Below, in pieces: positions 1 to 6,818 of a stretch of 32,000 nt of DNA (positions within the stretch are counted from its first letter, which is position 1; each line of letters opens with the position of its first letter). Location of the stretch: positions 2,850,001-2,882,000 of the forward strand of contig NC_013202.1 of NCBI RefSeq assembly GCF_000023965.1. The letters are read 5' to 3'. The translations under genes and the position numbers were made by a program. This stretch comes from Halomicrobium mukohataei DSM 12286 (GTDB lineage Archaea > Halobacteriota > Halobacteria > Halobacteriales > Haloarculaceae). The notes beneath the pieces are model-generated. The model was given only the letters and a program-made list of their open reading frames with translations. It did no database searches and was not told the DNA's origin.

Positions 1-378
1 TCGAAGTTCGCCCTCGAAGCGATGAGCGACTCGCTGCGAGCCGAGGTCGCCGACTTCGGCGTCGACGTGGTCCTGGTCGAGCCCGGTCCCGTGGAGACGA
101 ACTTCGTCGACCGGGCGGGCGAGGCGATGGCCGACACGGACGCCTCCGGCGCGTACGGGTGGCTCTACGAGCTCTACGAGGACACCGCGCTGGTCAGCGA
201 GAACGCGGTGTCGGTCTCGCCAGAAGCGGTCGCACACGCGATCCGTGACGCCGCCGTGACCACCGATCCACGGCCGCGATACCCCGTCGGCCAGTTCGCT
301 CGCGTCGCCACCCTCGCCAGCCACCTCCCGGGTCGCTGGCGGGACCTGGCGGTCGCCGTCCTGCGGAAGCTCGTCTGA
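1..378 (+). CDS. Short-chain dehydrogenase/reductase (SDR), C-terminal part; 5' end lies outside the window
   Basis: Frame 1 is open from base 1 and reads SKFALEAMSDSLRAEVADFGVDVVLVEPGPVETNF. This is the typical SDR segment after the YxxxK active site (SKFAL, then the PGxxxT region). High GC3. Confidence 0.8.
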   Translation, partial: SKFALEAMSDSLRAEVADFGVDVVLVEPGPVETNFVDRAGEAMADTDASGAYGWLYELYEDTALVSENAVSVSPEAVAHAIRDAAVTTDPRPRYPVGQFARVATLASHLPGRWRDLAVAVLRKLV

Positions 379-418
379 CCGGCCCGGCGTTTTTGCGACT
401 CGGGCACGTCGTGTCGGT

Positions 419-1036
419 ATGCCCGACGCTGCCGTACTCCTGTTCGACGGGGTCGAATCGCTCGACGCCGTCGGCCCGTACGACGTGCTGGCGAGAGCGA
501 TAGAGAGCGACGGAGCCCTCGCCGACGTGGCGCTCGTGACCGCGACGCCGACCGAGAGCGTGACCGCGAGCAAGGGAACCGAGATCGTGCCACACGGTAC
601 GCTCGACGCCGAGGACCCGCCCGACTACCTGCTCGTGCCGGGCGGGCGCTGGGCCAGCGGGACCGACGGGGGCGTCAGAGCGGCCGTCGAACGCGGCGTC
701 GTCCCGGACCTCGTCGCGGACTGTCACGCCGCCGGCTCGACGGTCGCCGCAGTCTGTACCGGTGCGATGGTACTCGCCCGCGCCGGACTCCTCGACGGCC
801 GCCCGGCAGTGACCCACGCCAGCGCGCTGTCGGACCTCGCCGCCACGGACGCGACGGTCGTCGACGCGCGCGTCGTCGACGACGGCGACGTGCTCACTGC
901 CGGCGGCGTCACCGCCGGCATCGATCTCGCGCTGTGGCTCGTCGAACGCGAGTGGGGCACGGGCGTCGCCGAACGCGTGCGAACGACGCTCGAATACGAC
1001 CGTTCGGACGACATCTACCGGAGCGAGAGCGTCTAG
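419..1036 (+). CDS. DJ-1/PfpI family (class I glutamine amidotransferase-like) protein
   Basis: 205 aa with an ATG start. Nucleophile-elbow motif AAVCTGAMVLARAGLLDGR, followed by VTH and TAGGVTAGIDLAL, as in DJ-1/ThiJ/PfpI proteins. Confidence 0.85.
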   Translation: MPDAAVLLFDGVESLDAVGPYDVLARAIESDGALADVALVTATPTESVTASKGTEIVPHGTLDAEDPPDYLLVPGGRWASGTDGGVRAAVERGVVPDLVADCHAAGSTVAAVCTGAMVLARAGLLDGRPAVTHASALSDLAATDATVVDARVVDDGDVLTAGGVTAGIDLALWLVEREWGTGVAERVRTTLEYDRSDDIYRSESV

Positions 1037-2052
1037 TCCAGGCAGGCCGCGACGACTTCCAGCAGCTCCTCGCCCTGGACCTCCTCGGCCAGCAGCGGCA
1101 CGCGCCGGACCTCGTGCCCCCGGAAGAGGTCCTGAGAGCGGGCCAGCGCGTCCTGCTGGACGGACCACCGACGGGCACAGAACTCGCAGTCGTCGTGGTT
1201 CGGACCGACGTAGTCGCCCGGTAGTTCCGCGTCGACGACGCTGTCGAGGTCCTGTAACACGCGGTTGACGACGAGGGTTCCGGCCGGGATACCGAAGGCC
1301 TCTAGCCGGTCCAGCAGCCGCTCGGACTCCATCACCGAGAGCTCTTCGGGCACCATCACGACCCGGAAGTCGGTCTTCTCGGGGTCGCGCAGGACCGCCC
1401 GGAGCTGTTCGATCTGCTCGCGCATCGCCTGGAGGTCGCGCTCCATCTCCTCTTGGTCCGCGTCGTCGCCGAACATCCCGCCGAGCCCCTCAAGCATGCC
1501 CGACATGCGATCTTTGAGCGTCAGCAGCTTTCCGAGCATCGAGTCCATCGCCTCGGGCAGTTCCAGCAGTCGGAGCGTGTGGCCGGTCGGCGCTGTGTCG
1601 ACGACCACGCGCTCGAAGCGGTCGTCGTCCATGTACTGCAAGAGCAGTCGCATGGCCGCGGCCTCGTCCGATCCCGGCATCGATCCCGCGAGCGGGTTCG
1701 CGTCCTCGCCGCCGAGCAGCTGTTCGAGACCGCCGAGGTCGCCGTCCATCCCCAGCGGTCCCTCCCCGACGGCGGCCTCCGGGTCGATCTCGGCGGCGTA
1801 CAGCGGGAGGTCCTCGCGGATCCGCGCGGGCTCGGCGGGGATCTCGGTCCCGAGCGTGTCTGACAGGGAGTGTGCCGGGTCGGTCGAGACGACCAGCGTC
1901 GCCGTGCCGTCGCGGGCGCTCGCAAGCGCCGTTGCCGCGGCACAGGTGGTCTTGCCGACGCCGCCCTTGCCGCCGTAGAGGACGTAGTCCGGCGCGTCGA
2001 CACCGGTCGGCGCGTCGATCTCTTCGACCGTCTCGACGTCGAGTTCGCTCAT
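1033..2052 (-). CDS. ArsA/Get3 (TRC40)-type P-loop ATPase
   Basis: 339 aa. Deviant Walker A GGKGGVGKTT, the ArsA signature STDPAHSLSD, and switch II DTAPTGHTLRLL. C-terminal CEFC pair. Confidence 0.9.
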   Translation of the reverse strand: MSELDVETVEEIDAPTGVDAPDYVLYGGKGGVGKTTCAAATALASARDGTATLVVSTDPAHSLSDTLGTEIPAEPARIREDLPLYAAEIDPEAAVGEGPLGMDGDLGGLEQLLGGEDANPLAGSMPGSDEAAAMRLLLQYMDDDRFERVVVDTAPTGHTLRLLELPEAMDSMLGKLLTLKDRMSGMLEGLGGMFGDDADQEEMERDLQAMREQIEQLRAVLRDPEKTDFRVVMVPEELSVMESERLLDRLEAFGIPAGTLVVNRVLQDLDSVVDAELPGDYVGPNHDDCEFCARRWSVQQDALARSQDLFRGHEVRRVPLLAEEVQGEELLEVVAACLD

Positions 2053-2147
2053 ACGTGGAGGTACGCCGTTCCGTCCTTGAGACTGTCGACTGGGTAGTGA
2101 CTCGAACGACGGCTGTGACTCGCGGGGACCTGGAAAAACGGACCGGG

Positions 2148-2303
2148 CTACTGCCGAGAGGAGCGTGCTTCGCGCACGTCTGCGCCGTCACGAAGCTTGT
2201 CCTCGCAGTAGGGGCAGACCCGTGGCCCGTCGTGTCCTTCGGGCGTGAAGACCCGAACGTACTGCTCTGTTACGAACTCTCCGCAGTTCTGGCACTCGGG
2301 CAT
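2148..2303 (-). CDS. Small zinc-ribbon protein (51 aa, two CxxC pairs); not in the supplied ORF track
   Basis: Hand translation of the minus strand gives MPECQNCGEFVTEQYVRVFTPEGHDGPRVCPYCEDKLRDGADVREARSSRQ*. It has CQNC and CPYC pairs, high GC3, and a TATA-like GCATATATG centred about 27 nt upstream of the ATG, consistent with a leaderless transcript. It resembles the small CPxCG-type zinc-finger proteins common in haloarchaea. Confidence 0.6.
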   Translation of the reverse strand: MPECQNCGEFVTEQYVRVFTPEGHDGPRVCPYCEDKLRDGADVREARSSRQ

Positions 2304-2434
2304 CTATTATTTCACTCACACGATTGCATATATGTTTTCCGCATCGCCACACTGTTGCCGGCAGTCGCCAGGCCGTGTGCGCGCCGAGCGGACGTCCGGC
2401 CAAGAGATATAGGCCACGGCTCCGACGCCCGTCC
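2304..2434. promoter_or_regulatory. Divergent promoter region (zinc-ribbon gene / DsbA-like gene)
   Basis: GCATATATG at 2326-2334 is about 27 nt from the minus-strand ATG at 2303. ATATA at 2407-2411 is about 26 nt from the plus-strand ATG at 2435. This spacing is typical of leaderless haloarchaeal transcripts. Confidence 0.45.
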
Positions 2435-3139
2435 ATGGACGATCTGACGCGACGGCGGCTACTCGGTGGGACCGCCGGGCTGGTGGCCGGGACGGCGGGC
2501 TGTGTCGGCGGTGACGCCAACACTGACGCCGACGCCACTCCGACCGACCGGGAGCTGATGACCAGCGGGAGCAGCGACGTGGACTTCGATCACCCGTCGG
2601 CGACGGGGATCAACGACCAGCCGACGCTCGGTGACCGGGGCCGGCAGGGCGTCATCGTCGCCTTCGAGGACCCCTCCTGTCCGACCTGCCGGCGGTTCCA
2701 CCGGAACACGTTTCCACAGATCGAGTCCGAACTGCTCGCGCCTGGCGACGTGGCCTACGTCTTCCGGGGGTATCCCGTCGTCTACGAGTGGGGCGGCCCG
2801 GCGACGCGGGCGCTGGAGGCGACGTTCGCTCGCGACCCGGCGGCCGTCTGGGATCTAAAGGCTCACTACTTCGACCAGCAGGGGCAGTTCTCGACGGACA
2901 ACGTCCTCGATCGCACCCGTTCGTACCTCGACGACGCGACCAACGTGGACGGATCGGCGGTCGTCACAGCGGTGAGCGAAGACGCCGCCGCCCAGGCGGT
3001 CCAGACCGACTACGACGCCGGACAGGCCGCTGGCGCGTCGGGGACGCCGACGTTCTACCTGTTCCGAGACGGCGAGTACCAGACGACGGTCAGCGGAGCC
3101 CAGGACTTCACGGTCTTCGAGAACGTCCTTCTGGGATGA
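2435..3139 (+). CDS. Secreted DsbA-like thioredoxin-fold protein, Tat-dependent lipoprotein
   Basis: Begins MDDLTRRRLLGGTAGLVAGTAGCVGG, which is a twin-arginine motif followed by a lipobox Cys. Thioredoxin active site CPTC, and a C-terminal GTPTFYL typical of DsbA-family proteins. The 2435 ATG is preferred over the 2324 ORF start because an ATATA box sits about 26 nt upstream. Confidence 0.8.
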   Translation: MDDLTRRRLLGGTAGLVAGTAGCVGGDANTDADATPTDRELMTSGSSDVDFDHPSATGINDQPTLGDRGRQGVIVAFEDPSCPTCRRFHRNTFPQIESELLAPGDVAYVFRGYPVVYEWGGPATRALEATFARDPAAVWDLKAHYFDQQGQFSTDNVLDRTRSYLDDATNVDGSAVVTAVSEDAAAQAVQTDYDAGQAAGASGTPTFYLFRDGEYQTTVSGAQDFTVFENVLLG

Positions 3140-3720
3140 TGGTCTCGCTACCGACGCGCCGGGCCGACTGGCGACTGATGGGACGCACTGCCCGGCTCGT
3201 CGTGACGATCCCCGCCTACGCCGCGATCGCTGCCGTGGCCGCCGTGGCGGGACTCACTGCCTTCTCGCTGTCGCTGAACGTCTCGCTCGTCGTCGACACG
3301 CTCTCGCTGCCCATCTCTACGGTGTCGAAAGTCGAGCTTCTCGCGAGCCTCTATCCCTTCGTCGGCACCGCCTTCACGCCGCTGCAGGGCGGCCTGCTCG
3401 TGGTCGTCGCGGCCACGCTGGGCGTCAACGTCGCGATGGTGGCCTACCACTTCCGAGAACACGGCCTCTCGCTCCAGCAGGGCGGAACGAGCGTCCTCGG
3501 GGCGGTGTTGGGCGCGCTCGGGGCGGGCTGTGCGGCCTGTGGCTCGGCGATCCTGCTGGGACTGCTGTCGCTGGTCGGCGTCTCGACATCGCTGCTCTGG
3601 CTCCCGCTCGACGGCCTCGAATTCGCCGTGCTGGCCCTCGCCGTCGTCGTCCTGTCGACGTACTGGCTGGCCGACGGGATGCGCGGCGGGCAGATCAACG
3701 GCTGTCCGATCGACATCTGA
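3136..3720 (+). CDS. Polytopic membrane protein with an intramembrane CxxC (CAAC); hypothetical
   Basis: Its start, ATGATG at 3136, overlaps the upstream TGA at 3137-3139. About 4 hydrophobic segments are predicted. The motif GALGAGCAACGSAILLGLL lies in the third segment, and there is an extra C-terminal Cys (NGCPIDI). The 2788 ORF start is an out-of-frame extension across the preceding gene. Confidence 0.7.
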   Translation: MMVSLPTRRADWRLMGRTARLVVTIPAYAAIAAVAAVAGLTAFSLSLNVSLVVDTLSLPISTVSKVELLASLYPFVGTAFTPLQGGLLVVVAATLGVNVAMVAYHFREHGLSLQQGGTSVLGAVLGALGAGCAACGSAILLGLLSLVGVSTSLLWLPLDGLEFAVLALAVVVLSTYWLADGMRGGQINGCPIDI

Positions 3721-3741
3721 GGTAGTTTGGGGATCGCCGCG

Positions 3742-4188
3742 TCAGCTCCGCCGGGCTCGCGCGTCGTAACGCGCTACCAGCACGCGCAGCCACCAGAGCT
3801 TCAGCGCGACACCGACCGCGGTTCCGATCGCGGCTCCCCGCGCGCGGCGTCGCCACGCGGCGTACAGCGCGTACCCGAACGCCGAGGCACCGACGGCGTT
3901 GCAGACGTTCGGGTAGTCCAGCCCGATCGTCGAGCGCTGCTCGTCGTCGATCCACCACCGTTCGGCGAGGACCGCACGGGTCATCCAGGCGTCGTCGGTC
4001 TCGGGCGGCGAGAACAGGATCGGGTTGACGGCCGTCCAGACCAGCGCCGCCGCGAGCAGCCGCCAGTCGCGCCGATAGATCGCGTAGACGATCACGGGGC
4101 CAGTGGGAACGCGCGACCAGCCGCTCCTGGGGTTCGCGTGGCGACGCCAGAACGCGGCCTCCAGCCGGTCCGCACACGAATCGCTCAT
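3742..4188 (-). CDS. Conserved hypothetical small membrane protein
   Basis: 148 aa from the ATG (MSDSCADRLEAAFWRRHANPRSGW...). Two to three hydrophobic segments and high GC3. The track start at 4215 is a TTG. The family assignment (possibly DUF6653-like) is recollection only. Confidence 0.55.
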   Translation of the reverse strand: MSDSCADRLEAAFWRRHANPRSGWSRVPTGPVIVYAIYRRDWRLLAAALVWTAVNPILFSPPETDDAWMTRAVLAERWWIDDEQRSTIGLDYPNVCNAVGASAFGYALYAAWRRRARGAAIGTAVGVALKLWWLRVLVARYDARARRS

Positions 4189-4231
4189 GGCGACACTCTC
4201 TCGCCGACAGCACAAAGCCGTTCGCCCGCGG

Positions 4232-6655
4232 CTACGCCTGCTCCCAGAACCGATCGAGCTGGTCGGCCAGGAACTCCGGGGTCAACTGCGTGAACTCCGC
4301 GCGTTCGTTCTCCGGCAGGAACTCGTAGACGGAGTGGCGTGCCTCGGGACAGTAGCGCCGGCCGACGAACGCCCGAACGCCGACCTCCTCGGCCCCGCGG
4401 ATCACCCGCCCGATGGCCTGGCGGGCGCGCCGGACTGCGGGCACGGTCAGGGCGTACTCGAAGGCCACGTCGTCGCCGAAGGCGTCGCCGTAGGCCCGCT
4501 TGACCCCCCGAACCCGCGGCGAGCCGATGTTGACCAGCGGGATGCCGACGACCGCGCAGGTCGAGAGCTTCTCGCCGTCGTAGTCGACGCCCTCGGTGAG
4601 CGTGCCCCGTGCGCTGGTGACGAGCACCTTGCCCGGCCCGTCGTAGAAGCGTTGCTTGAGGCGGTTCGTCGCGTCGTTGCTGGACGACTCGTCGACGAGG
4701 ACCGGCTTGTCGACGGCGTCGTCGAGGTACGCGCCGGCCCACGCGGCCTCCCGGTAGTTCGGCATCGCCACGAGGACGTTGCCGGGCGAGCGCGCCAGCG
4801 ATCGGAGGGCGTGGGCGTACTCGTCGCGGGTCGGGTTCCAGGCCTCGCCCAGCGGTCGCATCGTCTCGGGATCGCCGCGGTTGCGGGCCGTGAAGGGGCG
4901 ACAGTCCACGAGATACGACGCGCGATTGTCCGCGGGAAAGGTCAGTCCGTAGGTCGCGGCCGTGACGAAGCGAGGGTCCCGGTCCGGGCCGCCGTCGCGG
5001 AGAAATGAGAGTCCGGAGACGTGCTGGAACACGTCCAGCGGTTCGAGCGTCGCACTCATCAGGACGCCCCCGCCCAGGTCGTCGAAGACGTTGCGAAGCG
5101 CCGTCGATGGCATACAGTTGTAACACAGGAGCCCGGCGGTGTACGCGACCTCGTAGTCGGCGTCGACGTGGCGCTCGTCGGCGGGTGCGTGTTCCAGTTC
5201 GATCTCTCTGAGGAAGCCGGCGTGGTCGCGTTCCCACCACTGGCCCGCGATCGTCCCGACGGCGGCACAGACCGGGGTCCGCGAGAGGCCGAGCGTGTCG
5301 ATGGCCTCCTCGACCGCCGCGCCGATCTTCGGGAGCGAGCGCCACAGGCCGCCGTCGTACCCCTCGCGTTCGGCCCACTCGGTCAGGGCGTCCGGTTCGA
5401 CGGTCTCCGGGTCTCGCAGCGGAATCTCGTGGTCGCGCTGGGGGAGCTGGTCGGGGTCGGTGCGCCACCCCTCGAACTCGCCGTCGAGGTAGGTCCGAAC
5501 CCGGTCGTCGAGCCAGTCGAGTACGTCGTCGTAGAGCTGCTGGGCCTGCTCGACGGCCGCCAGCGGGACCTCGCGTGCGGCGAGCACCTCCTCGACCTGC
5601 TGTCGGTGGTCGTCGGTCTGACGAGCCCGCTGGAGCAGGAAGTTGAGGTCGTTTCTGGCCTGTGTGAGCGTCTGTCTCCCGACGCGATCCGAGAGGAGGT
5701 CGCGGACGCGCTCTTCGAGCCGGTGGGCCTCGTCGACGACCACGAACGTGTCCTCGTCGAGGATCGAGGCGAGGAGCGGACGGGTCTGTGGGTCGAACAG
5801 GTGGTTGTAGTTGCCGATCACCACGTCGGCAGCCTCCAGCAGGACGCTCATCGCGCGATGTGGACAGGTGCCGTACTCCACCGACGCGGGGAGGTACTCC
5901 TCGGCCGTGACGACGTTGTGTTCCCCGACGCCGAAGTCGATCGGCGAGCCGGTGTTGCGAGCGTACCAGTCGGCCTCGAACGGACAGTACAGCGGCGGAT
6001 CGTCGCCGTCGGCGATCGATTCCGGGGCAGCGGGCTGGCTCGGTCGATACGGGGAGTCGGCACCGGCGGTCCCCAGCGTCCCCTCGCCCAAGCGCTGCTG
6101 GTCGCGGGCGTCCGGTCGGGCCGCCGCCGCGAGGTCGCTGGCGATCTGTGGGTCCCACCACTGCTCGTCGTCGCCGAGTTCCGCCTCGACGGCGGCGCTG
6201 GCCGGCGCGTGGTCGGTGCCGTCGCCCTCGGCCTCGACGAGCCGTGCCGTGTTCTCTCGCAGGTCTTCACAGCGGTCGTGGACGGAGCTGTCGTCGGGAA
6301 AGATATCTTCGCGCCCGTACGGACAGAGGTCGCGCTTGCCGACCAGTGAGATGCCGTTCAGTGGCTCGTCCAGTCCGGCGTTCATCGCGCGGAGGTCCGT
6401 GACGAACTGCTGGAGTTGCTGCTTGACCGGCGTCACGACGACGATCCGCTCGTAGTGGCCGGCGTCGAGCAGCTGTGCGCCGGCCGTCAGGGCCGCCATC
6501 GTCTTGCCAGTGCCACAGGGGCCCTCCATCGCGAGGTATCCCCGCGCCTCGCCGGCCTCGATCGCGCGCTCGATGGCGTCGCCCTGGTTCGCGTACGGCT
6601 CGTCGAACGCGAAGTACTCCTCCCAGCCACGTCCGTCGACCGCCGAGTCACCCAT
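4232..6655 (-). CDS. XPD/Rad3 (DinG-family) 5'-3' DNA helicase with a 4Fe-4S domain
   Basis: 807 aa from MGDSAVDGRGWEEYF. Walker A GPCGTGKT and DEAH-type box VVDEAHRLE. Four Cys at residues 111, 129, 224 and 264 (LCPYG, DRCEDL, LYCPFE, GTCPH), matching the XPD Fe-S ligand pattern. Conserved C-terminal motifs (GRVIRG). The 7048 ORF start is a low-quality upstream extension into the intergenic region. Confidence 0.85.
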   Translation of the reverse strand: MGDSAVDGRGWEEYFAFDEPYANQGDAIERAIEAGEARGYLAMEGPCGTGKTMAALTAGAQLLDAGHYERIVVVTPVKQQLQQFVTDLRAMNAGLDEPLNGISLVGKRDLCPYGREDIFPDDSSVHDRCEDLRENTARLVEAEGDGTDHAPASAAVEAELGDDEQWWDPQIASDLAAAARPDARDQQRLGEGTLGTAGADSPYRPSQPAAPESIADGDDPPLYCPFEADWYARNTGSPIDFGVGEHNVVTAEEYLPASVEYGTCPHRAMSVLLEAADVVIGNYNHLFDPQTRPLLASILDEDTFVVVDEAHRLEERVRDLLSDRVGRQTLTQARNDLNFLLQRARQTDDHRQQVEEVLAAREVPLAAVEQAQQLYDDVLDWLDDRVRTYLDGEFEGWRTDPDQLPQRDHEIPLRDPETVEPDALTEWAEREGYDGGLWRSLPKIGAAVEEAIDTLGLSRTPVCAAVGTIAGQWWERDHAGFLREIELEHAPADERHVDADYEVAYTAGLLCYNCMPSTALRNVFDDLGGGVLMSATLEPLDVFQHVSGLSFLRDGGPDRDPRFVTAATYGLTFPADNRASYLVDCRPFTARNRGDPETMRPLGEAWNPTRDEYAHALRSLARSPGNVLVAMPNYREAAWAGAYLDDAVDKPVLVDESSSNDATNRLKQRFYDGPGKVLVTSARGTLTEGVDYDGEKLSTCAVVGIPLVNIGSPRVRGVKRAYGDAFGDDVAFEYALTVPAVRRARQAIGRVIRGAEEVGVRAFVGRRYCPEARHSVYEFLPENERAEFTQLTPEFLADQLDRFWEQA

Positions 6656-6818
6656 CACGTCGGCCTTCGTCGCCCCTCCGTTTGAACGTCCGGATCTTCC
6701 CGCGCCGAGGAGGACCCGCCGGTTTCGTTCGTGTGACAGATTTCCAGTAGTACACGAATCTTTATACTGTTGCAAGGACGCTACGGTAGTACTTAGGGAT
6801 GCGAGGGTGACAGAAAGA
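6656..6818. promoter_or_regulatory. Divergent promoter region (XPD helicase / histidine kinase) with short direct repeats
   Basis: AT-rich core with CTTTATAC at 6760-6767. Direct repeats are GTGACAGA at 6733-6740 and 6807-6814, and GTAGTAC at 6747-6753 and 6786-6792. Confidence 0.4.
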
